Shown: positions 55,625-64,000 of the stretch, piece by piece | Layout: each line of letters starts with the position of its first letter | How positions within the stretch are numbered: the first letter of the stretch is position 1 | From: an uncultured cyanobacterium | GTDB taxonomy: Bacteria > Cyanobacteriota > Cyanobacteriia > PCC-6307 > Cyanobiaceae | Direction of reading: 5' to 3' | Assembly: GCA_963765575.1 (NCBI GenBank) | Contig: CAVXWZ010000011.1 | Span: 576,001 to 640,000 of the forward strand | Length of the DNA: 64,000 nt | Position numbers and translations under genes: made by a program | Notes under the pieces: model-generated | Database searches by the model: none | Seen by the model: the letters and a program-made list of their open reading frames with translations, nothing else | What the model was told of the DNA's origin: nothing

Positions 55625-55697
55625 TACCCCCAAGGGGATTCGAACCCCTGTCGCCTCCGTGAAAGGGAGGTGTCCTAGGCCTCTAGACGATGGGGGC
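55625..55697 (-). tRNA. trnE: tRNA-Glu (anticodon TTC), CCA not encoded
   Basis: GCCCCCATCGTCTAGAGGCCTAGGACACCTCCCTTTCACGGAGGCGACAGGGGTTCGAATCCCCTTGGGGGTA folds as a cloverleaf. Confidence 0.97.
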
Positions 55698-55835
55698 GAG
55701 GCCACGGCACCCCGCCATGGGGGCTTCCGTCACGGCGCTCTGGTGGGGAGGCCTGATGGGGAAGAAGCGGCACCGGATCTGGGATCTGGGCCGTTGCGCC
55801 GATGCATGGACGCTACGGGCCGGGGCGTCCCTTCG

Positions 55836-56981
55836 TCAAGGCGCCGCCCTCTGGCCGTTCCAGACCGGCACGGTGACATGGAAACAGGCACCCTCCCCGG
55901 GTTCGGACACGACCCAGATGCGGCCGCCCTGGACCTCGGCGATGCGGCGGCACACCGACAGGCCCACCCCATAGCCGGAGGTGGTGCCGGCGGTCTGGGG
56001 CAGGCGCACCCGGTCTAGGAAGATCCGCTCCTGCTCCGCCGCCGGGATGCCGGGACCGCTGTCGCACACGCTCACCTGCAACCACTGGCTGGTGCGGTGC
56101 AGCAGGGCGAGACTCACCCGGCCGCCTTCGGGTGTGTACTTGAAGGCGTTTTCCAGCAGGTTGAGCAGCACCTGACGCATGCGGCGGCCATCGGCATGCA
56201 CGTCCGGAAGGTCGGCTGGGATGTCGGTCACCAGGCGCAGGTCCCGGCCCACCCAGAGCTTCTCGAGTTCCAGGATCGTCTCGGCAGCCACCGTGCCCAG
56301 ATTCAGGCGCTGGGGGTTGAACAGGGCCTCCCAGCGGGTGCTGCCCACCTCCAGCAGGTCCTTCGAGAGGGCCTCGATGTCATTCAGCCGGCGCCGCAGC
56401 ACATCCTGGAAGCGGTGCACATCGATCTGGCCGAGTTCGTAGCTCTGCAGTGCCAGCTTCGAGGCCGTGAGCGGGGTGCGCAGCTCATGGGCCACCATGC
56501 GCAGCAGGCGCTCCTGCACCCCGAGCCGCTCGATCAGGGCCTCATTCTCCTGGCGCAGCACCAGCAGCTGATCCTCCAGTTGCAGTTCGCGGCGACTGCG
56601 GCTGCCATCGGTTTCGGGGGGCTGCAGGTTCATGCCCAGGCTGCTCACCACCTGTTCCTGTTCCCAGCGGGGCAGCCAGCTGCGCAGCTGCTGGCTGATG
56701 GTGCTGCCGGCGAACACCTGCTTCGGCAGCGGTGCCAGCTTCACCAGGGCTGGGGTGGCGACCAGGCGGTGCAGCTCCAGCAGCTCGGGCTGGCGGGCGG
56801 GATCGACGATCGTGAGTGTGGGCGCCAGTCCCTGGTCGTCGCCTTTGAGCAGCTGCACCAGGGTGCGCAGATCGGCGCTGGCCAGGTGCTGGCGGGAGGC
56901 CAGCAGCAGCAGCCTCAGCCCTTGGCGCTGGCCTTCAGCCTCAGGGGTGGTGGTTGCAGGGCTGGCGGGGGCGGAATCCAC
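55836..56981 (-). CDS. sasA: adaptive-response (circadian output) sensor kinase SasA
   Basis: KaiB-like [48 protein letters not shown]. Confidence 0.93.
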   Translation of the reverse strand: MDSAPASPATTTPEAEGQRQGLRLLLLASRQHLASADLRTLVQLLKGDDQGLAPTLTIVDPARQPELLELHRLVATPALVKLAPLPKQVFAGSTISQQLRSWLPRWEQEQVVSSLGMNLQPPETDGSRSRRELQLEDQLLVLRQENEALIERLGVQERLLRMVAHELRTPLTASKLALQSYELGQIDVHRFQDVLRRRLNDIEALSKDLLEVGSTRWEALFNPQRLNLGTVAAETILELEKLWVGRDLRLVTDIPADLPDVHADGRRMRQVLLNLLENAFKYTPEGGRVSLALLHRTSQWLQVSVCDSGPGIPAAEQERIFLDRVRLPQTAGTTSGYGVGLSVCRRIAEVQGGRIWVVSEPGEGACFHVTVPVWNGQRAAP

Positions 56982-57063
56982 GGCGCCAGCCTATGGACAT
57001 CCGCGCAGGGCAGCATCCCCCAGGCGATGCAGCAGCATGGATTGATCCATTCGATGGCCCCCC

Positions 57064-57477
57064 GTGATCGTGCCGCGCCTGTCCCTGAGCTCCATGGCGC
57101 CAGCGCTGCTGGCGGCGGTGCTGCTGCTGCCGGCCAGGCCCGTGCAGGCGGCGCCGGCCACCGAGGCGGAGATGGAGGTCTACACGCGCCTCGCCGCGCT
57201 CAACCTGTGCATCGCCCGCACGGCCGGGGTGGAGTTTGACCTGGCGGTGTCGGTCGCGGCGGAAACCATCAGTGTGTGGATCCAGGGCAACCACGACGGC
57301 GGTGTGGCACCGGTGTCGGCCACTCCCCTGAGCATTGATGAGCTGCGCAAGGGTTCGATCAATTCCGCCGTGCTCGGCGCCGCCGAACTCTGCCCGGACC
57401 AGTTGCCTGAGGCCGTGCTGCGCGATGTGCAGCAGGCCGTCAAAACCGCTGCTCCCCAAGCCCCCGCCCGCCCATGA
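57064..57477 (+). CDS. exported hypothetical protein with two Cys residues
   Basis: Signal peptide (VQA-APAT), NLCIARTAGVEFD, AAELCP; ATGA overlap with pepN. Confidence 0.75.
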   Translation: MIVPRLSLSSMAPALLAAVLLLPARPVQAAPATEAEMEVYTRLAALNLCIARTAGVEFDLAVSVAAETISVWIQGNHDGGVAPVSATPLSIDELRKGSINSAVLGAAELCPDQLPEAVLRDVQQAVKTAAPQAPARP

Positions 57478-60188
57478 CCAGCGTGCGCCTTGCCGACTAC
57501 CGCCCCGCGGCCCAGCTGCTGGATCGCACCGACCTGACGGTGCGTCTCCACGACGACCATGCCGAGGTGGAGGCGCGGCTGGAATTCCGCCCCAATCCGC
57601 TGGCAGCCCCCGGGCCGCTGGTGCTGCAGGGGGTGGAGCTGGACCTGCAGGAGTTGCGTTGCGATGGCCAGCCCCTGGCGCAAGACGCCTACCAGCTGGA
57701 TGGCCAGCGGCTGGTGATCCCGGAGCCGCCCAGCGCTGCGTTCGTGCTCGAGAGCCGGGTGTTGATCCGGCCCCACGCCAACACCAGCCTGGAAGGGCTC
57801 TACGTGAGCAGCGGCCTGTTCACCACCCAGTGCGAGGCCGAGGGCTTCCGCCACATCACCTTCCATCCCGACCGGCCCGACCTGCTCAGCCGCTTCCGGG
57901 TGCGCATCGAGGCCGACCGCAGCACCTGTCCGGTGCTGCTCTCGAACGGCAACTGCGTGGCGGCCGGCGAGCTGGCTGACGCTGCGGCGGGATCCCCGGG
58001 GCGCCATTACGCCATCTGGGACGATCCCTTCCCCAAACCCTCCTATCTGTTCGCCCTGGTGGCGGGACGGCTGGAGGAGGTGCGGGACCGCTTCCGCACC
58101 GCCAGTGGCCGCGAGGTGGTTCTGCGCATCCATGTGGAGCCCGGCGATGCGCCCTACACCGCCCATGCGATGGCATCGCTGAAGCGGGCCATGGCCTGGG
58201 ATGAGCAGCGCTACGGGCTGGAGTACGACCTCGATGAATACAACATCGTCGCTGTGCGTCACTTCAACATGGGCGCCATGGAGAACAAGAGCCTCAACAT
58301 CTTCAACTCCAAGCTGGTTCTCGCCGATGCCGAAACCGCCACCGATGGTGAGCTCGAGCGCATCGAGAGTGTGATCGCCCATGAGTATTTCCATAACTGG
58401 ACCGGCAATCGCATCACCTGCCGCGACTGGTTCCAGCTCTCGCTCAAGGAGGGGCTCACCGTGTTTCGGGATCAGAGCTTCAGTGCCGATCTGCATGGCG
58501 CTGCCCTGAATCGGATCGAGAACGTGGCGATGCTGCGTAACACCCAATTCCGTGAAGATGCGGGACCCACCGCCCACCCTGTGCAGCCCGATTCCTATCA
58601 AGCGATCGACAACTTCTACAGCACCACGATCTACGAAAAGGGATCGGAGCTGATCCGCATGCTCCACACCCTGCTGGGGGAAGCCGTCTTCCAGCGCGGC
58701 ATGGCGCTGTACGTGAGCCGCCACGATGGCTGCGCCGCCACCTGTGACGACTTCGTGCAGGCGATGCAGGACGCTGCCGAGCCGAGCTGGACCAGCGGCG
58801 AGGCATCGCCACGCTTCGACTTCACCCAGTTCCGGCGCTGGTATCACCAGGCGGGAACGCCCCGGCTGGAGGTGCATCGCCACTGGGATGGCGCCACCGG
58901 GCAACTGGATCTGCAGATCCGCCAGCACACCCCCCCCACCCCGGGGCAGCCGCACAAGCAGCCCCTGGTGATCCCTCTGGCCCTGGGCCTGCTCGATCAG
59001 GCGGGCGATCCCCTGCCGGTGCAATTAAGTGGTGAAACCGAGGAACAGGCGCTGCGGGTCAGCCGCCAGGACCAGGCCGGACGCCTCACCCGCCTGCTGG
59101 TGGTCGACGCGCCGGAGCAGGGTCTGCAGCTGGTGAACCTGCCCCGCCAGCAGCATCCACCGGCCCTGTCGCTGCTGCGCCACTTCTCGGCTCCGGTGAA
59201 GCTGGAGCTGGGCCGGCCCACCGCCGAGCTGGTGCACCTGCTGGCCAGCGACAGCGACGCCTTCGCGCGCTGGGATGCAGCTCAGGCGTTGCTGCGGGAG
59301 GCCCTGCTGCGCCGGGCCGGTGGCCAGGTGGACGGGCTGCTGGAGAGCGAGCTGATCGATGCCTTCGGCCGCATCCTGGCCGACCCCGCCCTCTCGGAGG
59401 CCAGCCGTGCCGCCCTGCTGGCCCTGCCCGGCATGCCCGAACTGGAGGACGCCGCCGCCGCCACGGCCCTCGAACCCGATCCACCGGCCCTGTTCGCCGC
59501 CCGCATGGGCCTGCAGCAGCGCTTCGGCGAAGCCCTGGCCGACCCCCTCGGCGAGACCCTGGAGCGCTGCCAACACCAGTGGCAGCTCACCTGGCCTGAG
59601 GGCAGCGGGGCCCGCAGCCTCACCGCGGCGATCTGGCGTTGGCGCGTGGCCGCCTGTGATGGGACCGTGATCGCCGCCGCCCGCGCGGCGGTGGATGGCC
59701 CCTCGATGACCATGGCCCGGGCTGGCCTGCAGGCGTTGCAGTGCTACCCGATCCCGCAGCGCCAGGAGGCGGTGGAGGGCTTCTACCGACGCTGGCAGCA
59801 TCGGCCGGTGATCCTCGACGCCTGGTTTGCGCTGGAGGCTTCGGCCCCCTTCGCCGATGGCCTGGAGCGGGTGGGCCGGTTGCTGGAGCATCCCCGCTAC
59901 GACCCCGCCGCCCCCAACTCGGTGCGGGCGGTGCTGGGGGGTCTGGCCGGCAACGCGCCGGTGTTCCACGCCGCCGATGGCAGCGGCTACCGCTTCCTGG
60001 CGGAGCAGATCGCTGCCCTCGATCGCCGCAACCCGATCACCGCCTCGCGCCTGGCGAAGGTGTTCAGCCGCTGGCAGAGCTACGGCGTCCAGCGCCAGGG
60101 GCGGCTGCGCGAGGCCCTCGAGCAACTGGCGGCAGGGGAGCTCTCCACCAACAGCCGCGAGGTGGTGGAGCAGTGCCTGGCCGCCTAG
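57474..60188 (+). CDS. pepN: aminopeptidase N (M1 family)
   Basis: TQCEAEGFR, GAMENK, HEYFHNWTGNR, KEGLT, IYEKG. Confidence 0.97.
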   Translation: MTSVRLADYRPAAQLLDRTDLTVRLHDDHAEVEARLEFRPNPLAAPGPLVLQGVELDLQELRCDGQPLAQDAYQLDGQRLVIPEPPSAAFVLESRVLIRPHANTSLEGLYVSSGLFTTQCEAEGFRHITFHPDRPDLLSRFRVRIEADRSTCPVLLSNGNCVAAGELADAAAGSPGRHYAIWDDPFPKPSYLFALVAGRLEEVRDRFRTASGREVVLRIHVEPGDAPYTAHAMASLKRAMAWDEQRYGLEYDLDEYNIVAVRHFNMGAMENKSLNIFNSKLVLADAETATDGELERIESVIAHEYFHNWTGNRITCRDWFQLSLKEGLTVFRDQSFSADLHGAALNRIENVAMLRNTQFREDAGPTAHPVQPDSYQAIDNFYSTTIYEKGSELIRMLHTLLGEAVFQRGMALYVSRHDGCAATCDDFVQAMQDAAEPSWTSGEASPRFDFTQFRRWYHQAGTPRLEVHRHWDGATGQLDLQIRQHTPPTPGQPHKQPLVIPLALGLLDQAGDPLPVQLSGETEEQALRVSRQDQAGRLTRLLVVDAPEQGLQLVNLPRQQHPPALSLLRHFSAPVKLELGRPTAELVHLLASDSDAFARWDAAQALLREALLRRAGGQVDGLLESELIDAFGRILADPALSEASRAALLALPGMPELEDAAAATALEPDPPALFAARMGLQQRFGEALADPLGETLERCQHQWQLTWPEGSGARSLTAAIWRWRVAACDGTVIAAARAAVDGPSMTMARAGLQALQCYPIPQRQEAVEGFYRRWQHRPVILDAWFALEASAPFADGLERVGRLLEHPRYDPAAPNSVRAVLGGLAGNAPVFHAADGSGYRFLAEQIAALDRRNPITASRLAKVFSRWQSYGVQRQGRLREALEQLAAGELSTNSREVVEQCLAA

Positions 60189-61390
60189 GGGCGCCGCAGG
60201 CTGCGGTGCAGGTCGGTGAAGGAGCGCTGGCGCAGGGCCGGGCCCTCGCGGCCGGCGTGCTCCCCCCAAAGCCCCTCCCAATAGAAGTAGATCACGCCAT
60301 GGCCGCGGGCCTTGGACAGCCGCACCTTCTCGGCCACGGTGCTCATGTCGGTGGTGCGTCCCCCGAAGCCGGCCAGGATGCCGATCTCCACCGGCATGCC
60401 CCATTCCCTGGCCTTGACCAGCGCCGGCTGGTTGAGGTCATTGGCGAAGCCCTTCACCGAGAAGGCGTAGTTCTGCACCACCAGGTCGTCCACCAGGCTG
60501 CCGACGGTCCACAGCTCCCAGTCCTGCAACCAGCGGTTGTAGGCGAACCGGAACGGTCCCGGTGAGAGGCTGATCCAGGTGGGGTGACCCTTGTCCTTGC
60601 CATCCTTGCGCGCCTGCTCATCGAGCTCGCGCAGGGCGGTGCGCAGCTCGCGCAGCAGTTCGGTGAGCTGCTGGCGGCGCCAGCGCATCCAGAAGCGATC
60701 GGTGTGGTTGGCGGGCGGCTCCTGGCCGGTGGCCTGGCGATAGAGCTGGCGGGTGTAGGGGTCGTAGCCCAGTTCCACCGGCCAGGCGAAGTGGTCGTCC
60801 AGCTGGATGCCGTCCACCCCGCAGCGCTGCACGATCTCGGTGATCAGGCCGATGAAGCGCTCGCGCACCCCGGGATGGGCCGGATTCAGCCACACCATGG
60901 TGGTGCCGTGCATGGGATAGGCGGTGCTGCCGTCCCGCCGTTGCAGCACCCACTCCGGTCGCGTTTTCACCACTTCGGCGGTGGCCGGTTCCATCAGGCC
61001 GTACTCGAACCAGGGGAACACCTCCATGCCGCGGCGCTGGGCGGCGCGGGTCATGTGGCAGATGGGATCGAAGTTGGGGTTGGCCTTCTGCAGCGCCGGC
61101 TCCATCGGCGCCCAGCGGCTGCGATGGAAGGTGGTGCCCCGGCTCCAGACGTTGGGATAGAGGGTGGTGAAGCCGGCCGCCGCCAGCTCCTTCACCGCCT
61201 GATCGATCCGGGCCGGCTGGTAGTAGAGGGGGCTGGGGCTGTTGGTGAGCCACACACCGATGCGTGACGCCGCCTGGGGACGGGCCTGCTCCCGGGCCGC
61301 TCCAGGGCCCTGGGTGCCGGCCAGGATCGCCCCGCTCAGGGTCGCTGTGGTCAGGGTTGCCGCCAGCAGGCGGCGGATCCGGGATCGCAC
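60185..61390 (-). CDS. glycoside hydrolase-like family 10 (DUF187) exported protein
   Basis: GVWLTN, PWFEYG, WLNPAHPGV, DGIQLDDHF, LQDWELW. Confidence 0.88.
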   Translation of the reverse strand: MRSRIRRLLAATLTTATLSGAILAGTQGPGAAREQARPQAASRIGVWLTNSPSPLYYQPARIDQAVKELAAAGFTTLYPNVWSRGTTFHRSRWAPMEPALQKANPNFDPICHMTRAAQRRGMEVFPWFEYGLMEPATAEVVKTRPEWVLQRRDGSTAYPMHGTTMVWLNPAHPGVRERFIGLITEIVQRCGVDGIQLDDHFAWPVELGYDPYTRQLYRQATGQEPPANHTDRFWMRWRRQQLTELLRELRTALRELDEQARKDGKDKGHPTWISLSPGPFRFAYNRWLQDWELWTVGSLVDDLVVQNYAFSVKGFANDLNQPALVKAREWGMPVEIGILAGFGGRTTDMSTVAEKVRLSKARGHGVIYFYWEGLWGEHAGREGPALRQRSFTDLHRSLRRP

Positions 61391-61401
61391 GGCGGCCTGT
61401 C

Positions 61402-62409
61402 TCAGCGGAACATCGAGCTCACGGAGCTCTCCTCGTGGATCCGCCAGATCGCCTCGCCGAGCATGTTGGCCACCGACAGGACGCGCAGCTGGGGGAAGCG
61501 CCGGTCCGCCGCCAGGGGGATGGAGTTGGTCACCACCACCTCCTCAAACAGCCCAGGCTCCGACATGCGCTCGGCCGCCGGCGGTGAGAACACCGAATGG
61601 GTGGCGCAGCAGAGCACCCGGGCCGCACCGCTGCGGCGCAGCAGCCGCGCCCCTTGGCAGATGGTGCCGCCAGTGTCGATCATGTCATCGATCAGCACGG
61701 CGGTCTTGCCGGCCACATCGCCGATCACCGTGAGGCTTTCGGCCACGTTGTGGCCGGCGCGGCGCTTGTCGATGATCGCCAGCGGCGCGTCGTTCATCTG
61801 CTTGGCAAAGGCCCGGGCCCGGGCCACGCCTCCCACATCCGGCGACACCACCACCACCTCGTCAAGGTTGCGGGTCTTGAGGTAGTCCACCAGGACAGGG
61901 GAGCCGTAGATGTGATCGCAGGGGATGTCGAAGTAGCCCTGGATCTGGGAGGAGTGCAGGTCCATGGCCAGCACCCGGTCCACGCCGCTCATGGTGAGCA
62001 GGTTGGCCACCAGCTTGGCGGTGATCGATTCGCGGCCGGCGGTCTTGCGGTCGGCCCGGGCATAGCCGTAGTAGGGGATCACGGCGGTGACCTGGCGGGC
62101 CGAGGCCCGTTTGCAGGCATCCACCATGATCAACAGCTCCATCAGGTGGTCGTTCACCGGCACGCAGGTGGGCTGCACCAGGAACACGTCGCAGCCCCGA
62201 ATCGACTCCTGGATCTGCACGTAGGTCTCGCCGTCGGCGAAGTGCTTGATCACCCGCGGACCGTCGGGAACGCCGAGGTAGATACCGATTTCGCGGGCCA
62301 GCTCCTGGTTGGCGGTGCCGCTGAACAGGCGCAGGCGCCGGGTGTCCTGCCCGGACTGTGCCGCCTGGTTCGCCTGTGCCAGCCGATCGGCGGTGAGGAA
62401 ACTGGTCAC
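61402..62409 (-). CDS. prs: ribose-phosphate pyrophosphokinase
   Basis: FADGE, PYYGYARADRK, DLHSSQIQGYF, VSPDVGG, DDMIDTGGT; GTG start 62409. Confidence 0.97.
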   Translation of the reverse strand: MTSFLTADRLAQANQAAQSGQDTRRLRLFSGTANQELAREIGIYLGVPDGPRVIKHFADGETYVQIQESIRGCDVFLVQPTCVPVNDHLMELLIMVDACKRASARQVTAVIPYYGYARADRKTAGRESITAKLVANLLTMSGVDRVLAMDLHSSQIQGYFDIPCDHIYGSPVLVDYLKTRNLDEVVVVSPDVGGVARARAFAKQMNDAPLAIIDKRRAGHNVAESLTVIGDVAGKTAVLIDDMIDTGGTICQGARLLRRSGAARVLCCATHSVFSPPAAERMSEPGLFEEVVVTNSIPLAADRRFPQLRVLSVANMLGEAIWRIHEESSVSSMFR

Positions 62410-62477
62410 GGCGGGCGCAGACGCGTCAGCGGAATCCTGATGGTAGAAGCGGGGCGGTGCGGCATTTGCAAACATCA

Positions 62478-63026
62478 ATGACGCTTGCGATCCCCCCGTT
62501 GACGTCGTCGCCTGCTGCTTTGGTTCTGCTTGCGGTCGGCCGGCCCTCAAAGGTGGCGGCCCGCCTGGCCCAGGCCGCCCCCCCTCTCGCCGAGGCCCTG
62601 GGCCTGCCCCTGGCGGCCCCCCTGGCCCCCGCTGATCCCCAGGCCGCCCTGGCCGCGCTGGCTGCTGCTGCTTCGGCTGTCGGGGGCACGTTGCCGCAGC
62701 TGGTGCCCCTGCCACGGGATCCCGGCCACGGGTTGCCGGACGGCAGCCACTGGGCCGAGGCCCTGGGTGCCTGGCGTCAGCCGGTGCTGGTGCTCTTCAC
62801 CGCCCGGCAGCTGGATAGCGGCCTGCCCGCCGCCACCACGGCGTTGCTGGAGCGCTCGCAGGTGCCCTGCGCCGGCCTGTTGCAGTGGGGCGGCACCTGG
62901 GACGCCGCTCGCCGGCGCCTGGACGCCCTGCCCTGGTTGGGGGGGCAGCCCCAGGGCGGCCACGGCGACCCTGAGCACCTGCGCCGGGCGCTGGCCCTGC
63001 GCTGGGCGCAGCTGGAGGACCGCTGA
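62478..63026 (+). CDS. hypothetical protein
   Basis: Coding-like; DPGHGLPDGSHWAEALGAWRQPVLVL, GLLQWGG; fills the gap between prs and the LCP gene. Confidence 0.7.
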   Translation: MTLAIPPLTSSPAALVLLAVGRPSKVAARLAQAAPPLAEALGLPLAAPLAPADPQAALAALAAAASAVGGTLPQLVPLPRDPGHGLPDGSHWAEALGAWRQPVLVLFTARQLDSGLPAATTALLERSQVPCAGLLQWGGTWDAARRRLDALPWLGGQPQGGHGDPEHLRRALALRWAQLEDR

Positions 63027-63033
63027 CCGCCGC

Positions 63034-64000
63034 CTAGGGGGTCGGGGCGCTCGCCTGCTTGCCCTCAGCGCTTGGGTTCTGGGCTTGGCTGCCTGCTGTC
63101 GGCTCGGGCCAGAAGGGTTGCGGCAGCTCGGCCTTCCGCTCGCGCAGGCCTGTGGCCTTGGCCGCCGTGCTCTGGCGGGGAGCGGCCAGGGGCAGGGTTG
63201 TGAAGCTCACGCTGGTGTCGGGCCTGAGGGCCGCCGCCAACAGGCTCAGCACTTCGCCGCGGGTCAGGTTGGTGCTCACCTGGCCCCGCAGCCGGTTGGC
63301 GAGCTCCGGCAGGTTGGCGCCCATGCCCTGCAGGCGCATCTCCTGGTGCAGGCTGTCCACCACCTGTTGATGGTTCTCCAGGCGGCTTTCCAGGGGGCGG
63401 GCGGGGTCGCGCCAGCGGGCCAGATGCTCGATCTGTTCGGGACTCAGGCGCTGCAGGCCGGCCTGCAGATCAATCTCCAGCTCCTGGGTTTTGTCGCTGT
63501 AGCGCATGGTGCGCTGGGGATTGACCTCCACCGTGCCCAGCCCATCGACCAGGGCACGCAGGGCGCTGCGGCTGACCACCAGGAAGCGATCAGGGCGGCC
63601 CGCCGGCAGCCCCACGAGATCGCGCACCGCATCGGCCGTCAGCGCCGCACCACCGCTGCGATACAGGCTCGCGAGGGACTGGGGTTGCTTTTCGCCCGGC
63701 AACTGCACCGCCAGGCTGGTGGGCAGTGCCAGCACCTGCAGGGGCCCCTTGGGGTTGAACCGCAGCAGCACCAGGGCGTCGGCGTTGGCGGGGCCTGCCG
63801 GTGCCGCCCCGTTGACGGGTGCATTGATCTCGTCGGCGTCGATGCCGATCACCAGCAGGGTGATCGCACGGCTGGGGAGATTGGCGAGGTCGCTGATGCT
63901 CTCGCTCAGGCCCTCGCCGCCGAGGCTGCTCGGTTCGGGTTCGGGCCACAGCAGGTTGAGCAGGGACACACCCACCACCGCCCCCAGGGCGGCCAGAGCG
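63034..64000 (-). CDS. LCP (LytR-CpsA-Psr) family protein; 5' end lies outside the window
   Basis: LLVIGID, NADALVLLRF, LVDGLGTVEV, MRYSDKTQELEIDLQAGLQRL, TNL. Confidence 0.88.
   Translation of the reverse strand, partial: ALAALGAVVGVSLLNLLWPEPEPSSLGGEGLSESISDLANLPSRAITLLVIGIDADEINAPVNGAAPAGPANADALVLLRFNPKGPLQVLALPTSLAVQLPGEKQPQSLASLYRSGGAALTADAVRDLVGLPAGRPDRFLVVSRSALRALVDGLGTVEVNPQRTMRYSDKTQELEIDLQAGLQRLSPEQIEHLARWRDPARPLESRLENHQQVVDSLHQEMRLQGMGANLPELANRLRGQVSTNLTRGEVLSLLAAALRPDTSVSFTTLPLAAPRQSTAAKATGLRERKAELPQPFWPEPTAGSQAQNPSAEGKQASAPTP

Noticed and set aside
55538..55697. tRNA-Glu as an integration site for a genomic island
   Set aside because: No integrase and no duplicated tRNA 3' end in the window; the flanking genes are core

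Overview
GC-rich chromosomal segment (roughly 70% GC by eye) from a picocyanobacterium of the Cyanobium / Synechococcus cluster 5 type, inferred from gene content and order. It is mostly core genome: gmk, psaJ-psaF, tsaD, hli, pilT, wecB, ychF, a peptide ABC transporter, hom-sufE, ruvC-chlI, cytM/petG, hisH, trxA-Yfr1-guaB3, gyrA-crtL, a GH57 enzyme, a LabA-like NYN protein, leuA, a PGM1-like ATP-grasp ligase with a 7TM-HD phosphodiesterase, folD-crtE, a RecD-like helicase, cobB-opcA-zwf-petH, tRNA-Glu, sasA, pepN, prs and an LCP protein. No CRISPR array, transposase or integrase was seen. Items the ORF track misses or misrepresents: psaJ, petG, Yfr1, tRNA-Glu, frameshifts in rqcH (NFACT) and rsmD, a decayed galE fragment, two probable non-canonical CTG starts, and a structured repeat-containing intergenic element. 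The best novelty candidates are an orphan ParB/Srx-domain gene inserted antisense between folD and crtE, a small protein that resembles a cyanophage protein, and the orphan PGM1-like ligase coupled to the HD phosphodiesterase. All product calls come from recognising motifs by eye; no database search was run.
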